DNA of 64,000 nucleotides from the NCBI GenBank assembly GCA_030390025.1, contig JASTWF010000034.1, forward strand, positions 558,001-622,000, in the 5' to 3' direction. Origin of the DNA: Squalus acanthias. Its lineage: Eukaryota. The position numbers were made by a program, and so were the translations under genes. Positions 25,289-37,335 of this stretch are shown one piece after another; the stretch's first letter is position 1, and the number at the start of each line of letters is the position of its first letter. The notes beneath the pieces were generated by a model that did not search any database, had not been told where the DNA came from, and worked only from the letters and a program-made list of their open reading frames with translations.

Positions 25289-25666
25289 TGTGCAGCCCGC
25301 GTCCCCCCGGGGTTTATTAACCCGCTCCCTGAGCTCTCTCACCTGATGTGTCAGCGGCTGCTGCAAAGGTCCGCGCATGCTCAGCTCACACTGCCCGGGT
25401 GATTGACGGGGGCTCGGACCAATAGGAAGAGCGGGGCGGGACTGGAGGACCGAGCGGGCGGCGGGTCCTCCAACCAATCGGAGTGTGTGAGGGGCGGGGC
25501 TTGACCTTTAAACCTGAACAACAGAAGGTGAGCTGAGCATGCGCGGACCTTGGCAGCAGCCGCTGACACATCAGGTGAGAGAGCTCAGGGAGCGGGTTAA
25601 TAAACCCCGGGGGGACGCGGGCTGCACACACCCCGAGTGCGGCCCCAGGCCCCATTATTAAAACAC
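25251..25666. promoter_or_regulatory. Promoter core flanked by 139-bp inverted repeats, each with a splice donor (putative bidirectional ZNF promoter)
   Basis: Arms 25251-25389 and 25528-25666 differ at 2 of 139 positions. The 138-bp spacer has CCAAT boxes (25419, 25474) and GC boxes. Donor cag|gtgaga at 25575(+) and 25342(-). NRF1-like gcatgcgc in each arm; ETS-like ccggaagtg at ~25722. Confidence 0.8.
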
Positions 25667-26619
25667 CCCCGGTTCCAGGGTTGGAATCCCCATGTACAGT
25701 CCCAGGGCTGGAATCCGACACCCGGAAGTGGAATTTCAGCCTCAATGTTACAAGTTTCATCGGTTACAGGCTGGAGAGAGGAATCATTCAAACTGACCCA
25801 GAGCTGTGTGATTGGTTCAGTCTGTGTATCACTGACGGGCCCTTTTAAATTTGAGTGGTCAGGTATTCAAATTCCCAGTAATCTAATCCCGGATATAAAA
25901 GAGGGGAGAGCTGTGTTTAAATCAAAGAGTCTCCTTGGAGATTCTCTGAGTGAAGGACCTGGTCGGCTTGAAACAGCTGAAAAATCGGTTAAAAATGTCC
26001 AATGAGCAGTTTTTGACCAATATCGACTCCCACAGGGATGGGGAATTCTAGAATAAGGAAGGAACCGGTCAGGATTTGAAAGGTCTTTACAAAGGATTCG
26101 AGGGACTCCTACATTTGGGATCTTTCTTTATTTCATCCACTTGAGGAGTTCGATAACAGGCTTCCTCCTGTGAATGTCGAGCTGGATTAGTGAGCTGTGA
26201 CGGGTTTACTTGTTCATCTTTTGTTAAATACATTTGGTGAGTGAATTTAAATTTAAAACCAGGTTTGCAGGCGTGATGCTCTATTCACACATTAAAAGTG
26301 AGAGAGATGCTGTGGGACACATGCTAAGTCCAGTAGCTGAAAATGATTAACAGTCTGGGTTTTGTGTTTAGTGATCACCATGTACAGTCCCAGGGTTAGA
26401 ATCCCCACGTGTGAAGGAACATTGTATAGAAACTAGAATTGTCTGTTCTGAATTTCTATCCTGTACTTACAATGATGACTTTTGTAAACTCCTTTTACAG
26501 GCTATTAGAAGGGGAGGATTTACAGACGGGAAACTCTAACCAAACATCACGTCAAGATCTGAGAGTCACTCAATTCATCAGGACCTGAATATCATCAGCC
26601 TTTGAATGTGGAAGGAGAA

Positions 26620-26862
26620 ATGTTTGTCTGTTCTGTCTGTGGGAAAAGATTTCAAAGATCAGTGTGACTGGAAAAGCACTGAGACACACACACCCGAGTG
26701 AGAGTGTTCCAGTGCACTGACTGTGGAAAGAGCTTTAACCAGTTACACAGCCTGAAAAAACATCGCACCATTCACAGCGGGGAGAAACCGTACACGTGTT
26801 CTGTGTGTGGACGAGGCTTCAACTGATCGTCCAACCAGGAGAGACACAAGGACACCCGCACC
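26620..26862 (+). pseudogene. Three degenerate C2H2 fingers in frame with the ZNF ORF, broken by TGA at 26665, 26680 and 26824
   Basis: [78 protein letters not shown]. Confidence 0.85.
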
Positions 26863-27591
26863 ACGGAGAAACCGTGGGAATGTGGGGACTGTGGGAAAGG
26901 ATTCAGTTCCCCATCCCACCTGGAAACTCATCGACGCAGTCACAGCGGGGAGAGGCCGTTCACCTGCTCCGTGTGTGGAAAGGGATTCGCACAGTCATCC
27001 AACCTGCTGAGACACCGGCGAGTTCACACTGGGGAGAGGCCGTTCACCTGCTCCGTGTGTGGGAAGGGATTCACTAATTCAGCCCACCTTCTGAGACACC
27101 AGCGAGTTCATACTGAGGAGAGACCTTTTAAATGCTCTGACTGTGCGAACTTCTTTAAAAGCTCTGAGGAACTGATTCAACACCAGCGAGTTCACACTGA
27201 CGATAAACCATTCAGTTGCTCTCACTGTGGGAAAAGGTTCAGGCAGTCATTCAATCTCATTGTACACAAGCACACTCACACTGGGGAGAGACCGTTCACC
27301 TGCTCCGTGTGTGGGAAGGGATTCACTTGTTCATCCACCCTGCTGACACACCAACGAATTCACACTGGGGGGAGGTCGTTCACCTGCTCCGTGTGTGGGA
27401 AGGGTTTCTCTCGATCGTACAGCCTGCTGACACACCAACGAGTTCACACTGGGGAGAGGCCGTTCACCTGCTCCGTGTGTGGGATGGGTTTCTTTCGATC
27501 ATCCAACCTGCTGAGACACCAGCGAGTTCACAAGCGACTGCAGGAGTTGGATTCTGATGTTATTGCTGCTGTTAATCACATCCAGGACTGA
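26863..27591 (+). CDS. KRAB-less tandem C2H2 zinc-finger protein, 8 intact fingers; start uncertain (ACG at 26863), possibly a pseudogene
   Basis: Open frame [14 protein letters not shown]...[16 protein letters not shown]...[24 protein letters not shown]. Acceptor ttttacag| at 26500; AATAAA at 27630. Confidence 0.85.
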   Translation, partial: TEKPWECGDCGKGFSSPSHLETHRRSHSGERPFTCSVCGKGFAQSSNLLRHRRVHTGERPFTCSVCGKGFTNSAHLLRHQRVHTEERPFKCSDCANFFKSSEELIQHQRVHTDDKPFSCSHCGKRFRQSFNLIVHKHTHTGERPFTCSVCGKGFTCSSTLLTHQRIHTGGRSFTCSVCGKGFSRSYSLLTHQRVHTGERPFTCSVCGMGFFRSSNLLRHQRVHKRLQELDSDVIAAVNHIQD

Positions 27592-28106
27592 AATCATTCT
27601 GACAGTTGGCGTTTGTTTCTGCTGATGTTAATAAACCCCAGCCCAGTTAAAGGGTTAATATTCTGGATACATAGCTGATTGACTTGTTGGGGCTGCAGTG
27701 TCCCTTTAAGAACTGCTGTCTGTGGCCTTTCCCCTTAATTCAGGACTTTCATAAGAAATTATTTGACAAAATTATGAATTTTACTTTAACCCTAAATTGA
27801 CCTTTGGTACAAAATCTACAATTTATTGTCTGAAAAGTTCCACTGATTAACATCTCCAATTAGAAAGTGCTGATTAATCCTCGCTGACAATTCTTACTGA
27901 CTTGCACATTACACACAGTGGCACCTCCATTATCCACCAGAAAGAAGGGGAATGAGAATTGGTGGAGAATCGAGAATCCCCAAATGTTGCTCCTCCCGTC
28001 TGGTACAGCAATCCCCTCGGCACGGGAATGGAGACCAGTCCAATCCAAATAACGGGCTGAGTTTAATCGTTCTGGGCCTGTGGGATCAGTTTATATCAGA
28101 CAGGAG

Positions 28107-29298
28107 CTGGATTTCCAGAAGGCATTCGATAAGGTGCCACATAAAAGGTTACTGCATAAGATAAGACCTCACGGAATTGAGGGTAATATATTAGCATGGA
28201 TAGAGAATTGGCTAACTAACAGAAAGCAGAGAGTCGGGATAAATGGGTCATTTTCCGGTAGGCAAACAGTAACTAGTGGGGTGCCACAGGGATCGGTGCT
28301 GGGGCCTCAACTATTTACAATCTATATTAATGACTTGGATGAAGGGACCGAGTGCAATGTAGCCAAGTTTGCGGATGATACAAAGATGGGCAGGAAAGCA
28401 AGTTGTGCAGAGGACTCAATGAACCTGCAAAGGGATATAGACAGGCTAAGTGAGTGGGCAAACATTTGGCAGATGGAGTATAATGTGGGAAAGTGCGAGG
28501 TTATCCACTTTGGCAGGAAAAATAAAAAAGCAAATTATTATTTAAATGGAGAGAGATTACAAAATGCTGCAGTTCAGTGGGACCTGGGGGTCCTTGTGCA
28601 TGAAACACAAAAAGTTGTCATGCAGGGACAGCAAGTAATCAAAAAGGCAAATGGAATGTTGGCCTTTATTGCAAGGGGGTTGGAGGATAAAAGCAGGGAA
28701 GTCCTGCTACAACTGTACAGGGTATTGGTGAGACCATACCTGGAGTACTGCGTACAGTTTTGGTCTCCTTATTTAAGGAAGGATATACTTGCATTGGAGG
28801 CAGTTCAGAGAAGATTCACGAGGTTAATTCCAGAGATGAGGGGGTTGTCTTATGAGGAAAGGTTGAGCAGGCTGGGCCTATACTCATTGGAATTTAGAAG
28901 AATGAGAGGTGATCTTATTCAAACATATAAGACACTGAGGGGGCTCGACAAGGTAGATGCAGAGAGGATGTTTCCCCTCGTGGGGAAATCTAGAACTCGG
29001 GGGCACAGTCTCAGAATAAAGGGTCGCCCTTTTAGAACTGAGATGAGGAGGAATTTCTTCTCCCAGAGGGTCGTAAATCTGTGGAATTCTCTGCCCCAGA
29101 GAGCTGTGGAGGCTGGGTCATTAAATACATTTAAGGTGGAGATAGACAGATTTTTGCAAGTTAAGGGAGTGAAGGGTTATGGGGGAGCGGGTGGGGAAGT
29201 GGCTTTGAGCCCAAGATCAGCCATGATCTTATTGAATGGCGGAGCAGGCTCGAGGGGCCAAGTGGCCTATTCCTGCTCCTAATTCTTATGTTCTTATT
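28107..29298 (+). mobile_element. Young 5'-truncated CR1 with an uninterrupted RT frame and a 5-bp TSD (aggag)
   Basis: ORF 28080-29282 ([13 protein letters not shown]); (ttcttatg)n tail; aggag at 28102-28106 and 29299-29303. Confidence 0.95.
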
Positions 29299-30055
29299 AG
29301 GAGGAGATTGGTGTCAGTGACTGTGGGGCTGGTTTATATCAGACAGGAGGAGATTGGTGTCAGTGACTGTGGGGCTGGTTTATATCAGACAGGAGGAGAT
29401 TGGTGTCAGTGACTGTGGGGTTGGTTTATATCAGACAGGAGGAGATTGGTGTCAGTGACTGTGGGGTTGGTTTATATCAGACAGGAGGAGATTGGTGTCA
29501 GTGACTGTGGGTTGGTTTATATCAGACAGGAGGAGATTGGTGTCAGGGACTGTGGGGCTGGTTTATATCGGACAGGAGGAGATTGGTGTCAGTGACTGTG
29601 GATTGGTTTATATCAGACAGGAGGAGATTGGTGTCAGGGACTGTGGGGTTGGTTTATATCAGACAGGAGGAGATTGGTGTCAGGGACTGTGGGGCTGGTT
29701 TATATCGGACAGGAGGAGATTGGTGTCAGTGACTGTGGATTGGTTTATATCAGACAGGAGGAGATTGGTGTCAGGGACTGTGGGGTTGGTTTATATCAGA
29801 CAGGAGGAGATTGGTGTCAGTGACTGGGGCTGGTTTATATCAGACAGGAGGAGATTGGTGTCAGGGACTGTGGGGTTGGTTTATATCAGACAGGAAGAGA
29901 TTGGTGTCAGTGACTGTGGGGCTGGTTTATATCAGACAGGAGGAGATTGGTGTCTGTGACTGTGGGGTGAGTTTATATCAGACAGGAGGAGATTGGTGTC
30001 AGTGACTGTGGGGTTGGTTTATATCAGACAGGAGGAGATTGGTGTCAGTGACTGT
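29299..30055. repeat. 46-bp minisatellite (~16 copies)
   Basis: Unit aggaggagattggtgtcagtgactgtggggctggtttatatcagac; a partial first unit lies left of the CR1 at ~28075-28106. Confidence 0.96.
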
Positions 30056-30232
30056 ATCTAACCCATGCTGTACCTGCCCCGGGAGTGTTTGATGGGACAG
30101 TGTAGAGGGAGCTTTACTCTGTATCTAACCCGTGCTGTACCTGCCCTGGGAGTGTTTGATGGGACAGTGTAGAGGGAGCTTTACTCTGTATTTAATCCCT
30201 GCTGTCCCTGCCCTGGGAGTGTTTGATGGGAC
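30053..30232. repeat. 67-bp dispersed tandem repeat (~2.7 copies)
   Basis: tgtatctaacccgtgctgtacctgccctgggagtgtttgatgggacagtgtagagggagctttactc. Confidence 0.9.
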
Positions 30233-30628
30233 TTGGAAGAATGAGAGGTGATCTCATTGAAACGTATAAGACTCTGAGTGGGATTGACAGGGTAGATCCT
30301 GATAGGTTGTTTCCCCTGGCTGGAGAGTCCAGAACTAGGGGGCATAGTCTCAGGATAAGGGTCAGCCATGTAAGACAGATGAGGAGAAACTTCTTCACTC
30401 AGAGGGTTGTGAATCTTTGGAATTCTCTGCCCCAAAGGGCTGTGGATGCTGAATCGTTGAGTATATTCAAGGCTGAGATAGATTTTCGGACTCTAGGGGA
30501 ATCAAGGGATATGGAGATCGGGCAGGAAAGTGGAGTTGAGGTCGATGATCAGCCATGATCTTATTGAATGGTGGAGCAGGCTCGAGGGGCCGTGTGGCCC
30601 ACTCCTGCTCCTAATTCTTATGTTCTTA
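30233..30628 (+). mobile_element. CR1 3' fragment
   Basis: RMRGDLIETYK...NFFTQRVVNLWNSLP; ttcttatg tail. Confidence 0.9.
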
Positions 30629-30644
30629 AGCTGACCACTGTGTG

Positions 30645-30921
30645 TTTTTAATTCATTCACAGGATGTGGGCATCGCCAGCAAGGCCAGTATTTATTGCCC
30701 ATCTCTAATTGCTCTCGAAGGTGGTGGTGAGCCGCCTTCTGAATACAACTGAGTGACTCGCTGGGCCATTTCAGAGAGCAGTTAAGAGTCAACCACATTG
30801 CTGTGGGTCTGGAGTCACCGATAGGCCGGGCCAGGTAAGGACGGCAGATTTCCTTCCCTAAAGGACATTAGTGAACCAGATGGGTTTTTACGACAATCTG
30901 ATAGTTTCATGGTCACCATTA
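30645..30921 (-). mobile_element. SINE-like repeat sharing its 3' tail with LINE family B; appears to continue briefly after the HE1 insertion (~31350-31395)
   Basis: Tail matches 15690-15790 and 44345-44440; non-coding body recurs at 40335-40530. Confidence 0.75.
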
Positions 30922-31349
30922 CATAGAAACATAGAATCTAGGAGCAGGAGTAGGCCATTCGGCCCGTCGAGCCTGCTCCACCTTTCAATACGATCATGGC
31001 TGATCATCCAAATCCAGTACCCTATCCCTGCTTTAATCCCCACAATACACATATCCCACCCTACCCCCGTAACCCCACGTATTTAATTCCCCCTAACATA
31101 TCCCATCCTATCCCCATAACCCCACATATTTAATCCCCCCTAACACTAAGGGTCAATTTATCATAGCCAAATCAACCTAACCCGCACATTTTTGGACTGT
31201 GGGAGGAAACCGGAGCACCCGGAGGAAACCCACGCAGACACGGGGAGAATGTGCAAACTCCACACAGACAGTCACCCGAGGTCAGATTCGAACCCGGGTC
31301 CCTGGCGCTGTGAGGCACCAGTGCTAACCACTATGCCACCGTATTGCCC
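30922..31349 (-). mobile_element. HE1-type V-SINE (tRNA-derived head, V domain, CR1-derived 3' tail)
   Basis: Minus-strand head ggtggcatagtggttagcactg...gggttcgaatc (A/B boxes); V domain gtgtggagtttgcacattctccccgtgtctgcgtgggtttcctccgggtgctccggtttcctcccaca; tail like CR1 family A. Confidence 0.88.
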
Positions 31350-31514
31350 TGATACAAACTGATACAAACTTTTCATTGCAGATTTATTTAATGTTGTACT
31401 TCATCTTTTTCTGGTGAATGAAACATCTTTAAAATCTGAGACAGTACGTTGTGAAACAAAGAGCCTTGTGCCCAATAAGGGGAATAAAGGCCCACAGCCT
31501 CCCCTGGCCCCGGG

Positions 31515-34500
31515 CCCTGAACATTCTGAGGGGCGAGGGTGAACAGCCAGAGGTCGTGGTCCATATCAGTACCAACGACATAGGTAGAAAGAGGGATGAG
31601 GTCCTGCAGGCAGATTTTAGGGAGCTAGGAGAGATTAAAAAGCAGGATCTCAAAGGTAGTAATCTCCGGATTACTCCCGGTGCCACACGCTCGTGGGTAT
31701 AGAAATAGGAGGATAGAGCAGATGAATGTGTGGCTGGAGAGAAGGTGCAGAAGGGAGGGCTTTAGATTCCTGAGGCATTGGGACTGGTTCTGGGGGAGGT
31801 GGGACCTGTATAGGCCCGAAGGCTTGCACCTCAACAGGGCCGGAACCAATATCCTCACGGGGAGGTTTGCTGGTGCTGTTGGGGAGGGTTTAAACTAATT
31901 TGTCAGGGGGATGGGCACCAGGATGAAACATTAGAAAGGGGAAGTAAAGTGCTCACAGGATTGGGAGAGGCAGAGAGCACTAAAGTAAGATATAGTGAGG
32001 TATTTGGTGGGGTCAAACTAAGAGAGAATACAGGATGGTCTAAGATGGGTTTACAGTGTCTGTATGTGAACGCACGAAGCGTAGTAAACAAGGTCAGTGA
32101 GCTGCAGGCACAAATAGCCACATGGGAATATGATGATGTGGCAATTACTGAGACCTGGCTCAAAAAAGGGCAGGATTGGGTATTAAATATTCCTGGTTAT
32201 AGATTGTTCAGGAAAGATAGGGAAGGAAAGGTCGGAGGTGGTGTGGCAGTATTGGTCAAGGAGAATGTTACAGTGCTGGAGAGGGAGGATGTCCTGGAGG
32301 GGTCAAGGACAGAATCTATATGGCGAGAGTTAAGAAATAATAGAGGTGCCATTACACTACTAGGTGTATTCTATAGACCACCAAATAGTGGGAAAGATAT
32401 GGAGGAGCAAATTTGCAGAGAAATTACAGAAAGGTGCAAGAACTATAGAGTAGCGATAATGGGGGATTTCAACTATCCTAATATAGACTGGGATAGTAAT
32501 AGTGTTAAGGGCAGAGAAGGGGAAGAATTTCTGAAGTGTGTTCAGGAGAACTTTCTTGATCAGTATGTTTCCGGCCTGATGAGGGTGGAGGCATTGCTGG
32601 ATCTGGTTCTGGGGAATGAGGTGGGTCAAGTGGAGCAAGTGTCAGTCGGGGAACATTTAGGGAACAGTGATCATAGTATCATAAGGTTTAGATTAGCTAT
32701 GGAAAAGGACAGGGAGCAATCTGGAGTAAAAATGTTTAACTGGGGGAAGGCCAATTTCAGTGGGATGAGAATGGATCTGGCCCGGGTAAACTGGAATCAA
32801 AGATTGGCAGGCAAAACTGTAATGGAACAATGGGCTGCCTTTAAAGAGGAAATAGTTCAGGTACAGTTGAGGTACATTCCCACTAGGGGGAAAGGCAGGG
32901 CTCCCTGGATGACGTAAGAGTTCGAGAATATGATGAAGCAGAAAAAGAGTGCGTATGACAGATGTCAGGTTACAAATAGAACTGAGAATCAGGCTATATA
33001 TAAAAAGGTCAGAGGAGAAGTGAAAAAGAAAATAAGAGGGGCAAAGCGAGGGTATGAGAATAGAATGGCAGCCACTATAAAAGGTAATCCAAAAGCCTTC
33101 TATAGGCATTTAAATAGTAAAAGGGGTGGGGCCGATTAGGGACCAAAAGGGAGACCTATGCATGGAGGCAGAGGGCATGGCTGAGGTACTAAATGAGTAC
33201 TTTGCATCTGTCTTCACCAAGGAAGAGGATGCTGCCATAGACATAGTGAAGGAGGAGGTAGTGGAGACACTTGATAGGATAAAAATTGATAAAGAGGAGG
33301 TATTAGAAAGGCTGGCTGTACTTAAAGTAGATAAATCACCAGGAGCAGATGGGATGCATCCTGGGATGCTGAGGGAATTGAGGGAGGAAATCGCGGAGGT
33401 ACTGGCCATAATATTCCAATCCTCCTTAGATACGGGGATGGTGCCAGAGGACTGGAGAATTGCAAATGTTACACCCTTGTTCAAAAAAGGGTGTAAAGAT
33501 AAACACAGCAACTACAGGCCAGTCAGTTTGACCTCGGTAGTGGGGAAGCTTTTAGAAACAGTCATCAGGGACAACATTAACAGTCACTTGGATAGGTGTG
33601 GATTAATTAAGGAAAGCCAGCACAGATTTGTTAAAGACAAATCGTGTTTAACTAACTTGACTGAGTTTTTTGATGAGGTAACAGAGAGGGTTGATGAGGG
33701 CAGTGCGGTTAACGTGGTGTACATGGATTTCCAGAAGGCGTTCGACAAGTGCCACATAATAGACTTGCCAGCAAAGTTGAAGCCCATGAAATAAAAGGGA
33801 CAGTGGCAGCATGGATAAGAAATTGGCTAAGTGACAGAAAACAGAGAGTAGTGGTGAACGGTTGTTTTTCGGACTGGAGGAAGGTATACAGTGGTGTTCC
33901 CCAGGGGTCGGTTCTAGGACCACTGCTTTTCTTGATTATATATTAATTGGATGTGGGTGTACAATTTCAAAATTTGCAGATGACACAAAACTTGGAAGTA
34001 TAGTGAACAGTGAGGAGGATAGTGATAGACTTCAGGAAGACATAGACAGGCTGGTGAAATGGGCGGACACATGGTAAATGAAATTTAACGCAGAAAAGTG
34101 TGAAGTGATACATTTTGGTAGAAAGAATGGGGAGAGGCAATATAAACTAAATGGTACAATCCTAAAGGGGGTGCACAAATCGATGAAGGTGGCAGGGCAG
34201 GTTGAGAAAACAGTTAAAAAGGCATACGGGATCCTGGGCTTCATAAATAGAGGTATAGAGTACAAAAGTGTGGAAATTATGATGAACCTTTATAAAACAC
34301 TGGTTCAACCCCAACTGGAGTACAGTGTCCAATTCTGAGCACCACACTTTAGGAAGGATGTGAAGGCCTTAGAGATGGTGCAGAAAAGATTTACGAGAAT
34401 GATTCCAGGAATGAGGGACTTCAGTTACGTGGATAGACTGGAGAAGCTGGGGTTGTTCTCCTTAGAGCAGAGAAGGTTGAGAGGAGATTTGATAGAGGTA

Positions 34501-34842
34501 TTCAAAATCACGAGGGTTCTGGACAGAGTAGATAGAGAGAAACTGTTCCCACTGATGGAAGGGTCGAGAACCAGAGGACACAGATTTAAGGTGATTGACA
34601 GAAGAACCAAAGGCGACATGAGGAAAAACTTTTTTACGCAGCTTTGGTTCGGATCTGGAATTCACTGCCTGAAAGGGTGGTGGAGGCAGATTCAATCACG
34701 GCTTTCAAAAGGGAATTGGATAAGTATCTGAAGAGAAAAATTTGCAGGGCTACGGGGAAAGGGCGGGGAGTGGGACTAGCTGAGAGCCGGGATGGGCCGA
34801 ATGGCCGCCTTCCGTGCTGTAACCATTCTATGATTCTATGAC
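31515..34842 (+). mobile_element. Near-full-length degraded CR1 (ORF1 C-terminus plus ORF2)
   Basis: [42 protein letters not shown]; tail attctatgattctatga. Confidence 0.94.
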
Positions 34843-35162
34843 CTCAACACTTTCCCATCCTATCCCTATGGAGTACGTGTAATTTATCTGGATTTTCAAA
34901 AGGCCTTCGATAAGGTACCTCATAATAGACTGATGAACAAGGTCAGAGAATGCGGAGTGTGGGGACAAGTAGCAGAATGGATTGCTGGCTGGCTTCAGGA
35001 CAGAAAGCAGAGAGTCGGGGTAAAGGGCAGCTATTCACAGTGGCAGAAGGTGGGTAGTGGTTTTCCACAAGGATCAGTGCTGGAACCAGTGCTGTTCAGA
35101 ATTTACATTAACGATTTAGACTTTGGAATCAAAACCACAATTTCTAAATTCCCAGATGACAC

Positions 35163-35868
35163 CAAAGGGGGCGGGGCTAGTCAATACTGAGGAGACTGCA
35201 ACAAAGGGGGCGGGGCTAGTCAATACTGAGGAGACTGCAACAAAGGGGGCGGGGCTAGTCAATACTGAGGAGACTGCAACAAAGGGGGCGGGGCTAGTCA
35301 ATACTGAGGAGACTGCAACAAAGGGGGCGGGGCTAGTCAATACTGAGGAGACTGTAACAAAGGGGGCGGGGCTAGTCAATACTGAGGAGACTGCAACAAA
35401 GGGGGCGGGGCTAGTCAATACTGAGGAGACTGCAACAAAGGGGGCGGGGCTAGTCAATACTGAGGAGACTGCAACAAAGGGGGCGGGGCTAGTCAATACT
35501 GAGGAGACTGCAACAAAGGGGGCGGGGCTAGTCAATACTGAGGAGACTGCAAGAAAGGGGGCGGGGCTAGTCAATACTGAGGAGACTGCAACAAAGGGGG
35601 CGGGGCTAGTCAATACTGAGGAGACTGCAACAAAGGGGGCGGGGCTAGTCAATACTGAGGAGACTGCAACAAAGGGGGCGGGGCTAGTCAATACTGAGGA
35701 GACTGCAACAAAGGGGGCGGGGCTAGTCAATACTGAGGAGACTGCAACAAAGGGGGCGGGGCTAGTCAATACTGAGGAGACTGCAACAAAGGGGGCGGGG
35801 CTAGTCAATACTGAGGAGACTGCAACAAAGGGGGCGGGGCTAGTCAATACTGAGGAGACTGCAACAAA
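35163..35868. repeat. 39-bp minisatellite (~18 copies) derived from CR1 RT sequence
   Basis: Unit caaagggggcggggctagtcaatactgaggagactgcaa, directly after the FxDDTK codons. Confidence 0.97.
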
Positions 35869-36374
35869 TTACAAGACATTAATAAAATTGAAGAATGGGC
35901 AAATAATTGGCAAATGAAATTCAACACAGATAAATGTATTACATTTTGGTAAGAAAAAAAGGGCGGTCACTTATTACTTGGAAAATAAGAATCTTAGTGG
36001 GAAAGAAGAGCAAAGGGATCTCGGAGTACAAATACACAAATCACTAAAAGTAGCAACACAAGGCCATAAAATAGCAAACCAAGCACTAGGGTTTATTTCT
36101 AGAGGGATTGAATTGAAAAGTAGGGAAGTTATGCTAAACTTGTATCGAACCTTGGTTAGACCACACTCAGAGTACTGTGTATAATTCTGGTCGCCATATT
36201 ATAAAAAGGATATCGAGGCACTAGAGAGGGTGCAGAGAAGATTTACAAGGATGATACCAGAAGTGCGAGGGTGGATGAACAGGCTGGCTCTCTTTTCTCT
36301 TGAAAAGAGAAGGCTGAGGGGTGACCAAATAGAGGTCTTTAAAATTATGAAAGGTTTCGATAGAGTAAAGACAG

Positions 36375-37335
36375 AGTCATAGAGTCATAACGGCACAGAA
36401 GGAGGTCATTCGGCCCATCGAGTCCGTGCCGTCTCTCTGTAGAGCACTCCAGTCAGTCCCATTCCCCCGCTCTATCCCTGTAGCCCTGCAAGTTTATTTC
36501 CCTCAAGTGCCTATCCAGTCTCACCTTGAAAACATCGAGTGTCTCCGCTTCCACCACTTCCGTCGGCAGCGAGTTCCAGGTCCTCCCCACTCGCTGTGTA
36601 AAAAAGTTTTTCCTCACATCCCCCCTGTATCTCTTGTCCAAAACCTTAAATATGTGTCCCCTAGTCCTTGTACCATCAACTAGTGGGAACAGCCTTTCCC
36701 CGTCTAGCCTATCCAAACCCGTCATAATCTTGTACACCTCCATCAAATCACCACTCGACCTCCTTTGCTCCAATGAAAACAAATCCAGCTTCTCCAACCT
36801 GTCCTTGTAGCTAAGATCCCCCATCCCCGGAACCATTCTGGTAAATCTCCTCTGCACCCTCTCAAGGGCCTTCACTTCCTTCCTAAAGTGTGGAGACGAG
36901 AACTGGACTCAATACTCCAGTTGTGGCCTAACCAGTGCTTTATAAAGGTTCAGCATAACTTCTCTACTTTTGTACTCAATACCTCTATTTATGAAGCCCA
37001 AGATCCCATATGCTTTGCTAACCACTCTCTCAATATGTCCTGCCACCTTCAGGGACCTTTGCACATTAACTCCCAGGTCCCTCTGTCCCTGCACACTCTT
37101 TAAAACTGTGCCATTAAGTGTATATTGCCTCTCCCTGTTCCTTCTGCCAAAATGCATCACCTCACACTCCTCTGTATTAATTTCCATCTGCCACTTGTCT
37201 GCCCATTCTGCTAGCCTTTCTATGTCCAGTTGAAGTCGATTGGTATCATCCTCACTGTTTGCCACCCCCCCTAGTTTGGTATCATCAGCAAATTTAGAAA
37301 TTCTATTCTGTATTTCAATATCCAGGTCATTTATT
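36375..37335 (-). mobile_element. Nested 5'-truncated CR1
   Basis: [26 protein letters not shown]; its own tail at 36375; (atctat)n follows at ~37335-37368. Confidence 0.9.

Noticed and set aside
26665..26826. Selenocysteine recoding of the ZNF TGA codons
   Set aside because: The TGAs are not at Cys ligand positions and I see no SECIS; CpG decay is simpler.
31280..31349. tRNA gene (also 46435-46505)
   Set aside because: tRNA-derived SINE heads continuous with SINE bodies; no complete cloverleaf.
35116..35917. 243/264-aa mucin- or antifreeze-like ORFs
   Set aside because: Artefact of a 39-bp (multiple of 3) minisatellite inside a dead CR1.
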